NCBI GenBank assembly: GCA_963668625.2
Contig: CAXXKA010000008.1
Location: forward strand, 288,001-352,000
Reading direction: 5' to 3'
Length of the DNA: 64,000 bases
Source: an uncultured candidate division Zixibacteria bacterium
GTDB taxonomy: Bacteria; Zixibacteria; MSB-5A5; UBA10806; 4484-95
Under the pieces are notes generated by a model. That model searched no databases, had not been told where the DNA came from, and saw only the letters and a program-made list of their open reading frames with translations. Positions 53,667-64,000 of the stretch are shown in pieces (the stretch's first letter is position 1; each line of letters opens with the position of its first letter). The position numbers and the translations under genes are program-made.

Positions 53667-55361
53667 ATGGCCGAACTGACATATCTCAGAGATTTAGTTA
53701 TTATACTTGCCCTGGCAGTCGTGGTGGTAGCTATATTGCATCGCCTGGGTATACCCACGATTGCGGGGTTCATACTGGCCGGCGTAATCGTCGGGCCGCA
53801 TGCGTTAAAAATTATCGATGATCCTCATCAGGTGGAAATATTAGCCGAGCTTGGCGTGGCCCTGCTGCTATTCGGTATCGGACTGGAGCTGTCGCTCGAT
53901 CGATTGAAAAAGCTTTGGCGACCGATTATCATAGGTGGCACGCTGCAGGTGGGTATGACTATAGCCGCCGCGATATTTATATCACGAGCTTTAGGCTATT
54001 CAACCAATATCTCGATACTGATTGGTTGTTTGCTGGCTATTTCCAGTACTGCCATCGTACTGCGCGGACTGGAGGTGCGCGGCGAGGTCGATGCTCCTCA
54101 CGGGCGATTGACTCTCGGTATTCTGGTTTTTCAGGATTTATTGGTAGTCCCGATGATACTTCTGGTACCGATATTATCCGGCTCCGGCTCCAGTGTCGGC
54201 GAAGTGGCCCTGACAATGGCCCGGGCGGTAGCAATATTAATAGGCGTGGTGCTTGCCTCCCGTCTGGTAGTCCCCCGAGCTCTTCACATGATTGCTAAGA
54301 CCCGTCAAAGGCAACTGTTTTTACTTTCGGTTTTACTAATTGCTATAGGGACTGCCTGGATCACTTCCAGGGCCGGTGTGTCGTTGGCGCTGGGCGCGTT
54401 TTTAGCCGGTCTGGTGGTGGCAGGCTCGGAATACCGTCACCAGGTACTTGCCGATATGATACCGTTTAGAGAAGTTTTCACCAGTATCTTCTTTATCTCG
54501 ATAGGTATGCTTCTTTCGCCTATGTCGTTTATTGAAAATATAATACCAATTGTTTTACTGCTATTAGCGATATTAGTCGGCAAGGCAATAATCGTGTTTA
54601 TCACCGGTATGGCGATGAGGTTGCCGGTGAGGGTGGCTATACTGGCCTCGGCTGCGTTGGCGCAGGTGGGTGAGTTCTCGTTCGTGATCTCGAAATCGGC
54701 GCAGGCGACCGGTTTGCTAACGGAGTATTTGTCGGGCATAATCATTCCGGCGGCAATCCTCTCGATGTTCATAACTCCTTTCGCGCTGGCTTTTGGGCCT
54801 CACCTGGCGGCAGGCGTGGGTAAGATGAAAACTCTCACGAGAATGCTCAAGGTGGTCAGTGTCGAGGACGCTCCGGAGAAAATACGCAAGTTGCACGATC
54901 ACGTTATTATCGGAGGTTACGGTTTCACCGGCGAAAAATTGGCGGAATCGCTCAAAGGCTGCGGTATAGCCTATGTGGTGATAGAGTTAAATCCGCAGAA
55001 CGTTCAGCGAGCGGTGGAAAAAGGCGATCCGGCTTATTACGGTGATATTACCAGCATTGAGGTAATGGAGCATCTCGATTTGACTCATGCCCGAGAACTG
55101 GTGCTGGTGATAAACGATCCCGGAGCAATAGCCCGCGCGATAAAAGCCGCCCGACGGATAGCACCCGAACTACACATTACGGCTCGCACCAACTATCTTC
55201 TCGATGTCAAACCGCTTCTCGATTCGGGAGCTACCGAGGTAGTACCCGCCGAGCTAGAGGCCGCCGTTGAAATCACATCGAGAATAGTAAACAGATGCAA
55301 GATACCCGAGGGCGATATAACCAAACAACTCGATCGTATTCGCAACAAGTGGATGGATTAA
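53667..55361 (+). CDS. CPA2-family cation:proton antiporter with TrkA-N (KTN) domain (Kef-like)
   Basis: AELGVALLLFGIGLE, SSTAIV, LVFQD, LGAFLAG, QVGEFSFV; HVIIGGYG...YGD. Confidence 0.92.
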   Translation: MAELTYLRDLVIILALAVVVVAILHRLGIPTIAGFILAGVIVGPHALKIIDDPHQVEILAELGVALLLFGIGLELSLDRLKKLWRPIIIGGTLQVGMTIAAAIFISRALGYSTNISILIGCLLAISSTAIVLRGLEVRGEVDAPHGRLTLGILVFQDLLVVPMILLVPILSGSGSSVGEVALTMARAVAILIGVVLASRLVVPRALHMIAKTRQRQLFLLSVLLIAIGTAWITSRAGVSLALGAFLAGLVVAGSEYRHQVLADMIPFREVFTSIFFISIGMLLSPMSFIENIIPIVLLLLAILVGKAIIVFITGMAMRLPVRVAILASAALAQVGEFSFVISKSAQATGLLTEYLSGIIIPAAILSMFITPFALAFGPHLAAGVGKMKTLTRMLKVVSVEDAPEKIRKLHDHVIIGGYGFTGEKLAESLKGCGIAYVVIELNPQNVQRAVEKGDPAYYGDITSIEVMEHLDLTHARELVLVINDPGAIARAIKAARRIAPELHITARTNYLLDVKPLLDSGATEVVPAELEAAVEITSRIVNRCKIPEGDITKQLDRIRNKWMD

Positions 55362-55540
55362 AAATAAATTCTTAAAAACTGATATTTACATGGATATATT
55401 CGTTGTCTATAGTCATACTCATTTTAAAAACATATTGCTTCGTGATCAGGTGAGAGAGGCTACTATATCTAAAGTCTATAGCGGGAATTACATCATGATA
55501 TTTTATAATTATCTCTAATCCAGAGATTATACGAAACGTT

Positions 55541-56032
55541 TTAAATCTTCATTCCAACCATAGCCACCTGGTAAGCATATTCCCGGGCAGGCCATTCGAA
55601 TTCCAGGCCGACCTGACTGACTGTTTCCACCAGGTCAACACCCGAACCCTCCGGGCAGTACAGAGCGATATAGCCGGGATGGTCAAGAAGGAAATCGTTA
55701 ACTTTCAAGCGTAACTGTTTTCTGGCTCGCCCCTGCCAATACAAACAACAATAAACCTGCTTTTCGCTCCAGTTGGGGTGACGTTTTTTCATGATTTCGG
55801 CGTGCGCTTTTAAATCGAATTTGTTGATTATACAGAATACCGGTTTTGCCATATCTATCAGTTTATCCAACAGCGGCGCGCGAGGCGGGCAGATATCACG
55901 CCTGTTATAATTCGGGCAGCCTTTGGGATGACCGGGGTATGGTAGTTTGCAGTAACCACGCACACGCCGGTCTATAATTGGAGTCACCTGAATCACCTCA
56001 ATATCCCGAATATCCGATATTATCGCTTTCAT
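55541..56032 (-). CDS. DUF2284-like Cys-rich metal-binding protein
   Basis: VRGYC...GCPNY....CPP, CCLYW, CPEGSGVDL..T. Confidence 0.7.
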   Translation of the reverse strand: MKAIISDIRDIEVIQVTPIIDRRVRGYCKLPYPGHPKGCPNYNRRDICPPRAPLLDKLIDMAKPVFCIINKFDLKAHAEIMKKRHPNWSEKQVYCCLYWQGRARKQLRLKVNDFLLDHPGYIALYCPEGSGVDLVETVSQVGLEFEWPAREYAYQVAMVGMKI

Positions 56033-56257
56033 GATGTTACAATATATATATAAATCCGCCAATTAACAATTTGATATTATTATCAGTGGCCTCATAGAAA
56101 TCTTTGCTATCGAATCATTTTGACAGTTTGTAATTATATTTAACCGGATTAATCAAATGCAATATTTATTATGAGTACCCGTATATCCAATTGATTATTA
56201 GTGATTACGATACCGATACAGTTAACAGGGGGAATACTCATTCAAGAGTATTATAAT

Positions 56258-59242
56258 ATGTCATCGAATATGGAAAACGATTATTACTCCGATATATCAT
56301 GCAGTGTCAGCCTGAAAGATGTTCGCTGGATATTCAGGGCGCGTTTTGTTTCCGCTCTGGTGATATTGCTGGCTTACTATTTTATCTGGGTCGGTAATCT
56401 GCTCCAATTCGAATTCTGGGTGTTTGCCATCGCCCCTGTTTTCGAGATGTTCGTGAATCAACCGTATAAAATCATAATCACTCGGATAAAAAACCGTCAA
56501 TTATTGCTGGTAATCAATCATATTCTGGATATCATAGCAATTACCTGGGGCATGCATTTCGCGGGTGGCATGAATATGCCCGTATTGCTGCTTGCTTATG
56601 CCCTGGTGATAATTTACAGTGGTTTCGCCCTGCGTTCGTATTTTTCATATATTCTGGCAAACCTGGCTTTTATCGCTCATGGAATCCTGGTCTACCTGGA
56701 GCTTTCAGGGCAGATACCGACGATCGACTCTCTCAGGAACGATATAGTTATGAGCACCGATATCAGGATAGCGACGACGATACTGGTATTGCCGTTTTTT
56801 AATCTGATCGCGCATTTTTCCACGTACCTGTCGATCGGTCTGAAAGCTGGTAGAAGTGATCTCAAACAGGCTGTTTCCGATCTTCAGAGTGAAAACCGGG
56901 AACGAATAGGGATAGAATCAGCTCTTCGTGAAAGTGAGGAGAAGTATCGCTCGATATTCGAGTTATTCGTTGACCTGTATTATCAAACCGATATTAAAGG
57001 GATCATAACCAATGTCTCACCCTCGTGCGCCAGATTGTCGGGTTATTTACCCGAGGAGGTAATCGGCAAAAATGTCACCCTGTTTTATCCCAACCCCGAG
57101 CAGAGAAATTCGTTGATGAAAGAATTGCTGTTGAAAGACACGATATATGATTTCGAGATTATATTGAGGAGTAAGGATGGCCGTCACGTGCCCTCCTCGG
57201 TTAGCAGTCGAATCATTTACGGTGAATCCAACAAGCCCGTTCGTATAGAGGGAGCGGTTAGAGACATCTCCAGCCGAAAGAGAACCGAGGAAAAATTGAA
57301 ACATGTTTCCTCGAGGAATCAAGCGATACTTGCAGCCATTCCCGATATCATCATGGAGGTCGATAAGAATAAAATATACACATGGGCCAACCGGGCGGGT
57401 TACCAATTTTTCGGCAAAGATGTTATCGGTAAGAACGCCGAATATTATTTCGAGGGCGAGCAAGATACTTTAACCCTGGTGAATCATCTATTCAAGGGGG
57501 ATGAAGAGGTAGTCTATGTAGAAAGCTGGCAACGTCGCAATGATAATCAAGTCAGGCTTTTGGCCTGGTGGTGCCGGGTTCTCAAAGATATCCAGGGGAA
57601 TACCGTAGGAGCGCTTTCTACGGCCAGGGATATCACCGAGATAAAACAGGCCGAACAATCACTTCTAAATTCAGAGAGAAAGTATCGATCTCTTATCGAG
57701 GCCATGCGGGATGGTGTCGGTTACACCGATCTGGATGAAAACATTCTGTTCGCTAATAATTCCATGTGCCGTATTTTCGGTTACACCAGGGATGAGTTAG
57801 TCGGCATGAATTTAAGAGATATCGTGGTAAAGGATGACCTGGATAAGGTATATGCCGGCACCAGGCGACGAAGGTCCAGGCGCTACGACCAGTATGAGAT
57901 ATCCATCATACGTAAAAACGGAGAGCATCGCCAGATAAGCGCCTCGATCACGCCTCTTCTTAACGATATCGGAAAAGTAATCGGCTCTGTAGGCATATTA
58001 GCCGATATCTCGGAGATGAAGAAAGCAGAAGAGGAGAAAAGGCAGCTCAAAGAGAAACTGATTCGGGCACAGCGTATGGAATCGCTGGGAGTTTTAGCCG
58101 GCGGTGTAGCTCATGACCTGAATAATATACTGGGCCCGCTTATTGCCTACCCGGATATTATCAAGATGGATCTTCCCGAGGACAGCCGCATAGCCCAGCA
58201 AGTCACCCGCATGGAGAAATCGGCCTTGCGGGCGGTTGATATAGTACAGGATTTGCTTACCATGGCTCGCCGGGGGCGGTATGAGATGAGTCCACTAAAT
58301 ATCAATACCGTGATCGAGGATTATTTGAGCTCCGCTGATTTTTCTAATGCTAAGACCAAACATCCAGAAATCGAGGTGATAATGACTCTCGATAAATCAA
58401 TCCCGCCGGTGCATGGTTCCTATGCGCATCTCTCGAAAGTGGTAATGAACCTGGCTATTAACGCCATTGAGGCTATGCCCGGGGGAGGCGAGTTGACATT
58501 AAAAACCGAGCATAAAAATATCGAACAACTTATCGGTGGATTCGATAATATCGAAACCGGGGAGTACGCGATTATAACTGTCAGCGATACCGGGCTCGGT
58601 ATTGATGAAAAAGATTTAAAGCACATGTTCGAGCCGTTTTATTCAAAAAAGGAGATGGGTCGAAGCGGCAGTGGCCTGGGATTGGCAATCGTATATGGAG
58701 TGCTTAAAGATCATAACGGCTACATCGATGTTATAAGCAAACTGAACGAGGGAAGCAATTTCATCATTTATCTTCCTATCGTTAATGTTGATGAGGAGTT
58801 GGAGGAGAAACCAGTAATAGATATCAGGGGAAACGAAAGGATACTTATTGTCGATGATATAGAGGAACAGCGCGAACTGGCCTCGACCATGCTTTCGACG
58901 CTCGGTTACACTGTCGAGGTTATGCCGGAGGGTAGATCGGCGGTCGAGTTCATAACTAAAAACGATGTCGACCTGGTGGTGCTGGATATGATAATGGAAA
59001 ACGATTTTGACGGTTTGGACACATATAAAGAGATGGTCAAATACAAACCCGGGCAGAAAGCCATTATCGCAAGTGGTTATGCGCAAACCGACAGGGTAAG
59101 AGAGGCGGAGAGTATTGGAGTTAGCAAATATATACGCAAACCTTACACTATGCAGAAATTAGGCAAGGCGATCAGGGAGGTGCTGGAGGTAAAAGGAAGC
59201 GATTATCGAGAGGAACCGAAAGTAACCCAGCAATCCGTATGA
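56258..59242 (+). CDS. Membrane-bound hybrid sensor histidine kinase (multi-TM, 3 PAS, HisKA, HATPase, REC)
   Basis: N-terminal TMs; three PAS/PAC (RDIS, RDIT, DISE); GGVAHDLNN; NAIEAM; DTGLG; GSGLGL; receiver VDD/LDM/KP. Confidence 0.93.
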   Translation: MSSNMENDYYSDISCSVSLKDVRWIFRARFVSALVILLAYYFIWVGNLLQFEFWVFAIAPVFEMFVNQPYKIIITRIKNRQLLLVINHILDIIAITWGMHFAGGMNMPVLLLAYALVIIYSGFALRSYFSYILANLAFIAHGILVYLELSGQIPTIDSLRNDIVMSTDIRIATTILVLPFFNLIAHFSTYLSIGLKAGRSDLKQAVSDLQSENRERIGIESALRESEEKYRSIFELFVDLYYQTDIKGIITNVSPSCARLSGYLPEEVIGKNVTLFYPNPEQRNSLMKELLLKDTIYDFEIILRSKDGRHVPSSVSSRIIYGESNKPVRIEGAVRDISSRKRTEEKLKHVSSRNQAILAAIPDIIMEVDKNKIYTWANRAGYQFFGKDVIGKNAEYYFEGEQDTLTLVNHLFKGDEEVVYVESWQRRNDNQVRLLAWWCRVLKDIQGNTVGALSTARDITEIKQAEQSLLNSERKYRSLIEAMRDGVGYTDLDENILFANNSMCRIFGYTRDELVGMNLRDIVVKDDLDKVYAGTRRRRSRRYDQYEISIIRKNGEHRQISASITPLLNDIGKVIGSVGILADISEMKKAEEEKRQLKEKLIRAQRMESLGVLAGGVAHDLNNILGPLIAYPDIIKMDLPEDSRIAQQVTRMEKSALRAVDIVQDLLTMARRGRYEMSPLNINTVIEDYLSSADFSNAKTKHPEIEVIMTLDKSIPPVHGSYAHLSKVVMNLAINAIEAMPGGGELTLKTEHKNIEQLIGGFDNIETGEYAIITVSDTGLGIDEKDLKHMFEPFYSKKEMGRSGSGLGLAIVYGVLKDHNGYIDVISKLNEGSNFIIYLPIVNVDEELEEKPVIDIRGNERILIVDDIEEQRELASTMLSTLGYTVEVMPEGRSAVEFITKNDVDLVVLDMIMENDFDGLDTYKEMVKYKPGQKAIIASGYAQTDRVREAESIGVSKYIRKPYTMQKLGKAIREVLEVKGSDYREEPKVTQQSV

Positions 59243-59370
59243 TTAAAATAGGAAAATAAGTCATTCCCGAAAGGTGAAATCCACATTTTTATGAGGAAGA
59301 AACGGCAATGAATCAGGGTAATCCATCTCAACTACCGTGAGGTGGGAAAGCCGGTCGTGCTGCAAGCAAC

Positions 59371-59811
59371 CTAAGGCGTAAATCTCTCCAGATTCTTATA
59401 AATACGCCCGAGATAGCTTTCGAATCTCTCGATCTCATTAGTCGAAAAACCGTTGTACAATATCCGGCTCATCCCGCGCGATACGCCAACATATAAATCC
59501 TGGAAGGCTTTATCTTTCCTGGTACGCTCTATGAATATCTGGCGGCGGTCAATTTCGGACCTGACTCGTCTTATCAGGCCGGCACTCTCCAGACGGTCGA
59601 GCATACTGGTTAATGTCGATTTGCCCAGCGAAGTCTCTTTGGCCAGCTCGGATATCGGGATTTTACCGCATCTCCAGAGAGCGAACATTATACGCCCCTG
59701 GGATGGATTAATCTCTTTTACGCCGTGATCTTTCAACAGACGGCTGAAAACCCGTCCTGTTAGCTGATGTATTTTGGCGATTAATCTGTCGCCGGTGCGC
59801 TCTTTGCTCAT
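59371..59811 (-). CDS. MarR-family transcriptional regulator
   Basis: QGRIMFAL, ISELA..TSL.KSTLTSMLDRLE..GLIRR....DRR. Confidence 0.92.
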   Translation of the reverse strand: MSKERTGDRLIAKIHQLTGRVFSRLLKDHGVKEINPSQGRIMFALWRCGKIPISELAKETSLGKSTLTSMLDRLESAGLIRRVRSEIDRRQIFIERTRKDKAFQDLYVGVSRGMSRILYNGFSTNEIERFESYLGRIYKNLERFTP

Positions 59812-60139
59812 TTATTACCCCGCCTTAGTAATTTCCTGATTGTCCCATCATAATACCGGCTATTATATGATTTTGGTGAGTTTTGTCAAGCTAATGTATT
59901 GGTTTAAGCGGTTATTTTGCAGCCAGTTACGATGATGTAACCGGATTTTCATGATATTATATGGGAAATTACTATATAGTAGCATACTAAAGGAGGTTGG
60001 TAGAGAGTCTCCGGGAACGGATTTTATCAACAATCCCGGAGACATTAATCGGGCGCGAATCTATTTAAACATGTAAGTAATATTTATAATTTCTTGCGCG
60101 GGTTAGTCACGCCCCAGGTAAGCGCGATTTACTACTGAA

Positions 60140-60916
60140 TCATTGGTCTTTAAACGGCTCTTTCACGAGTTTGCAATTTATCATTGAGGTGGTGAATTCT
60201 TTGGTCAGGCTGCAATGAATTAACTTTAATTTCCGTATCGGCGTGATTTCAATCGAGGCGATATTAAACGGGCTGTCCTCCACGATTTTCAAAAACCGCT
60301 TCACTGTCATCTTGTTTAACCCGCCGGCGATCTCGGACAGATTGGTGGCGCCATCATTTTTGAATTTCCCTCGCCATCTTATGATCGATTTCTCGGAGCA
60401 TATCAGATGAGCCCAGGGGAACACCGAGCAGGAGTGGCCGCCTACGGGATGGTACCACACCGGGCCGAACGAGATTAACACGCAACCGCCCTCTTTCAGG
60501 AAATTATACATATTGCTCAGCTCTTTAGCGGGATCACCATAATGCTCGAAAGCATCCTTGCTGATAATGATATCCGCCCGGCAATCGGTAGCCTGGCAAA
60601 ATTGGCAAATATCTCCTACATTTTGCTCGGCGGCGCGGTTTTTTCCCAGCTCTAAAAAATGCTCCTGTATATCAATCCCAATAGCTTTACTCGCGCCCCA
60701 CTTAGCTATCTGAATCGTATCCCGGCCGGTGCCGCAGCCATAATCTATGACTGTCTTGCCTAGCACCAGTTCAGCTATACTATCGCCGAAAATGTTTTTC
60801 AAGTTCGAGGCGGTATTGGCGCTTTGCTCCGACACCTCATCAGCTAGCCCGTTATTTTTCAATTGTTGGGCTTTGGTTAAAATGAATTCGCCGAGTCTGC
60901 CGCCGATTAAGGCCAT
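60140..60916 (-). CDS. Class I SAM-dependent methyltransferase
   Basis: VIDYGCGTG, GIDI, DAFEHY.DP, LKEGG, FGP.WYHP.GGH. Confidence 0.88.
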   Translation of the reverse strand: MALIGGRLGEFILTKAQQLKNNGLADEVSEQSANTASNLKNIFGDSIAELVLGKTVIDYGCGTGRDTIQIAKWGASKAIGIDIQEHFLELGKNRAAEQNVGDICQFCQATDCRADIIISKDAFEHYGDPAKELSNMYNFLKEGGCVLISFGPVWYHPVGGHSCSVFPWAHLICSEKSIIRWRGKFKNDGATNLSEIAGGLNKMTVKRFLKIVEDSPFNIASIEITPIRKLKLIHCSLTKEFTTSMINCKLVKEPFKDQ

Positions 60917-61453
60917 GAGTACCTCCTCGTTTCATACCTGTTTGAGCCGGTGTCAGGAAACGTTAACCGATAAAATGAATTTCAGACTATAACCAGGTTG
61001 CTAAGTAATACTATTGTCTATGCAGTCGAGATTTATAGAATGCATAAAATTTGCTTAATGACCAAAACAGTAATCCGCGCCAGCAACAACACGAGCTGGT
61101 GTAAACATCCAAATAGCAATAAGTTCAGTGTACTGTCAAGTGATGTAAAACAATGTCTGCTACAAGTTAGCAAATAAGAATATGAAGTCAAGATAATTTG
61201 TTAGAGTTTAAACAATCTTTCAGAACTATTTTTTCTAAGCTTGTTTGACCATAAATTATGTTTTATAGGCGAACGATTTTAAAGCTCAATCATTTCACTA
61301 AAACTATAATATATATTACCATACCTACAATATGCTTGCAATGTAAAAGAAAAAATAGTAATTTTAATGATATAGTCAATATTGGAGAAACTAAAGCAAT
61401 TATAAATAGGAAAAGCATAATAACTACTGTTAAATTTTAATCAGGAGGCTCTA

Positions 61454-61660
61454 GTGTCATTCGTTACATATGAAAATACAAACAATCCGCATGTGGCCAT
61501 CCATCGCGAAGATTGTTCGCATATCAATAAACATGGCGGCGTGCATCGGGATGGAAAAGAACATTACCATTACCATGAAAGCTACAACGAGGCTGTAAGA
61601 TATGCTGAAACTTTAAAATTGGAATTGAAAGTTTGCAGCACTTGTAATCCTGATATGTAA
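61454..61660 (+). CDS. Small hypothetical protein with putative Zn-binding His/Cys motifs
   Basis: RBS aggagg + GTG; IHREDC...CSTCNP. Confidence 0.65.
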   Translation: MSFVTYENTNNPHVAIHREDCSHINKHGGVHRDGKEHYHYHESYNEAVRYAETLKLELKVCSTCNPDM

Positions 61661-61699
61661 TACTATTGCACTAAAATAAGATTATTAAGGGAGGATGCT

Positions 61700-62098
61700 G
61701 TGGCTATTTTCGGTATAGGCGCATATTATGAAAAAGACGTAAGCCAGAAATTTATAGATCAGAAGATAATCGGTACTGGCCATTCTGAAATTGATGGTCC
61801 CGATATTCACTGCTTTATTAAATCTCTAAAGGTTGGCGATATTGTTTATATTAAATCATATCCCCCAGCAGCTGAACATATCACCATAAAAGCTATTGGA
61901 GTCATAACAGATATGTTTATTATTAGTAATAAAGATGTCGCAATCGGCAGAAATGTAAGCTGGTTAAGCCTTGAGAAATTTGATATTCTACCGCCAACTG
62001 GTAAAAACCAAGTAAGATACAATACTCTTTATGAAGAATGGCATCCCAGCGTTCAAAAAGTTATTATTGATAGAGTATTAAGTCGCCTGGTAGCGTAG
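61700..62098 (+). CDS. Hypothetical protein resembling the PUA/EVE-like N-terminal domain of McrB/Mrr-type restriction proteins
   Basis: RBS ggagga + GTG; F.....IG.G, LKVGDIVYIK, IKAIGVI, RNVSW, NTLYE. Confidence 0.6.
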   Translation: MAIFGIGAYYEKDVSQKFIDQKIIGTGHSEIDGPDIHCFIKSLKVGDIVYIKSYPPAAEHITIKAIGVITDMFIISNKDVAIGRNVSWLSLEKFDILPPTGKNQVRYNTLYEEWHPSVQKVIIDRVLSRLVA

Positions 62099-62439
62099 TA
62101 ATTTATTTATTGAGATTTTGAATTCACTTTTTATAGCCATATAAATCGACATGGGATTGGTTCAATGACAGTCAACTTGATAAAGTGCTGTGATATTCTA
62201 AATAATTTCTCTCCCCAAGAATAATAACCTTCTATAACCATTTAATTTCTAAGATAATATCCAAAAATCTTATAATACCATCCGCTTCTTTTATTTCCCT
62301 TCCCCAAATGTCACATATAATTTTCCTTGACTATTTCATCGAAAACCCTAAATTTCCTGAATGTTTAGCCTTTTGAGAATGTGAAAAAAGTAACTAGTAA
62401 TATAAATGATGTTGTGGTTCAACTAACGGAGGAGTTTTA

Positions 62440-64000
62440 ATGAGTTACGGTCTTATAGCCGCCGTTTTAGGTGGGGTTGGCTTAATCTTTGCCTTCTTCC
62501 TCTATCTTTCGATTGCCCGCAAGGATGCTGGTACCGACCAGATGAAAGAACTTGCGAAGGTCATTCATGATGGCGCTATGGTGTTCCTTAAACGGGAATA
62601 CTCGATCCTGGCTATTTTTATCGTGGTCGTATTTGCCCTGTTAGCCTGGAGAATCGGTCTGTGGACAGGTATCTGCTTCGTAAGCGGCGCTCTCTGTTCG
62701 ATGATCGCCGGCTGGTTCGGCATGCAGGCCGCTACCAAAGCTAACGTACGCACCGCCGCCGCCGCCAAGAATTCAGGCGAGCCGGCCGCGTTGAAAGTCG
62801 CATTCTCGGGCGGCGCAGTAATGGGTATGTCGGTCGCCAGTCTGGGCTTGATCGGCGTGGGTGTCTATTTCTATTTCTTCGGCGACCCCGAAGCATTCAA
62901 GAGTGTCAGTGGTTTCGCTATGGGCGCGTCCTCTATCGCCCTGTTCGCTCGTGTCGGTGGTGGTATTTACACCAAGGCCGCTGATGTCGGCGCTGACCTC
63001 GTCGGTAAAGTCGAGGCAGGTATTCCCGAGGACGATCCTCGTAACCCCGCTGTCATAGCTGATAACGTAGGCGACAACGTAGGCGACACAGCCGGTATGG
63101 GCGCTGATTTATTCGAGTCGTATGTCGGTTCGATTATCGCGGCTATCACGATCGCGGCCACCGCTACCTGGGGAAATATCCCTCAGTTGCGCGAGGCTTA
63201 CATGGCCCTGCCGCTTCTTATCGTAACTGTCGGTATCGTTGCCTCTATGCTGGGTATTCTGTCGGTACACGTTTTCGCCAAGATGGACCCGGCGGCAGTA
63301 TTAAGAATCGTAACTTATGTCGGCTCCGTATTGATGCTTGGCGCTACCTATGTGCTGGTTTCGCAAACCGGCGTTGCGGTCAGCGTATTCTGGGCAGTGC
63401 TTGCCGGTAATGTCGCCGGTATCATCCTCGGCCTTCTTACCGAGTACTATACGGCAGCCGGGCCAATTCGCAAAATCGCCGATGCCTGTAAGACAGGTCC
63501 GGCCACCTGTATTATCGCCGGCTTGGATGTCGGTATGCAATCGGTTGCTCTGCCGGTGCTGGTTATCTCGATAGCTGTTTATGTCGCTCATATGCTTGCC
63601 GGTTTATACGGTATCGGTATTGCCGCTGTTGGTATGCTGGGTACTATCGGTGTTACCATGGCCGTTGACGCTTACGGTCCGGTTGCCGATAATGCCGGCG
63701 GTATCACCGAGATGGCCGGTCTGGGTAAAGATATCAGAAAAATCACTGATCACCTCGATGCCCTGGGTAACACCACCGCCGCCATAGGTAAGGGTTTCGC
63801 GATCGGTTCGGCCGCGTTAACCGCGTTGGCCCTGTTCTCGGCTTACAGTTCGGCTGTCGGCCTCGAGGCTATCGACCTGATGAACGTGACAGTTATTGTC
63901 GGTCTGTTCATTGGCGGTATCCTGCCATTCCTGGTCGCCTCGTTCACCATGAGCGCCGTGGGTAAAGCTGCGTTCAAGATGGTGGAAGAGGTTCGTCGCC
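62440..64000 (+). CDS. hppA: Membrane pyrophosphatase, K+-dependent, probably Na+-translocating (3' partial)
   Basis: Absent from the ORF track because it has no stop in the window. ATG after ggagga; [46 protein letters not shown]; [12 protein letters not shown]; [10 protein letters not shown]. Confidence 0.95.
   Translation, partial: MSYGLIAAVLGGVGLIFAFFLYLSIARKDAGTDQMKELAKVIHDGAMVFLKREYSILAIFIVVVFALLAWRIGLWTGICFVSGALCSMIAGWFGMQAATKANVRTAAAAKNSGEPAALKVAFSGGAVMGMSVASLGLIGVGVYFYFFGDPEAFKSVSGFAMGASSIALFARVGGGIYTKAADVGADLVGKVEAGIPEDDPRNPAVIADNVGDNVGDTAGMGADLFESYVGSIIAAITIAATATWGNIPQLREAYMALPLLIVTVGIVASMLGILSVHVFAKMDPAAVLRIVTYVGSVLMLGATYVLVSQTGVAVSVFWAVLAGNVAGIILGLLTEYYTAAGPIRKIADACKTGPATCIIAGLDVGMQSVALPVLVISIAVYVAHMLAGLYGIGIAAVGMLGTIGVTMAVDAYGPVADNAGGITEMAGLGKDIRKITDHLDALGNTTAAIGKGFAIGSAALTALALFSAYSSAVGLEAIDLMNVTVIVGLFIGGILPFLVASFTMSAVGKAAFKMVEEVRR

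Noticed and set aside
59285-59370. Possible group II intron domain V or riboswitch fragment
   Set aside because: No convincing catalytic-triad hairpin or aptamer consensus.

Overview
Bacterial chromosomal window, about 48 genes. The many C-terminal T9SS-type sorting domains (NYPNPFN...K), a PorV-family gene and a 'GDAN...WPP..IGADVTYLVNYFRG' dockerin suggest an FCB-superphylum organism, probably Zixibacteria-like (inference). No rRNA, tRNA, CRISPR array or intact transposase was seen. Recognisable genes include wbpB, hemerythrin, recX, a histone H1-like protein, a GH57 glucanotransferase, an NtrC-like regulator, tyrosine phenol-lyase, cheX-cheY, an M48 peptidase, nnr, a Kef-type antiporter, a hybrid histidine kinase, MarR and a Na+-pyrophosphatase. 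The most striking region is 25.4-47 kb. It starts with a 16-kb minus-strand locus: a TonB-dependent receptor, PorV, two lipoproteins and secreted proteins carrying six ExeM/YhcR-like OB-fold modules but no visible nuclease domain, which may be an extracellular nucleic-acid capture system. This is followed by two tandem copies of a divergent P-loop kinase / HAD phosphatase pair and a GlpT-family organophosphate transporter. Also seen: two copies of a 137-bp MITE (one inserted in-frame in a decayed mlaD, one inside a REP-like palindrome), a ~145-bp long inverted repeat, a circularly permuted CBM-like domain, a frameshifted DUF6265-like gene and several active-site variants.
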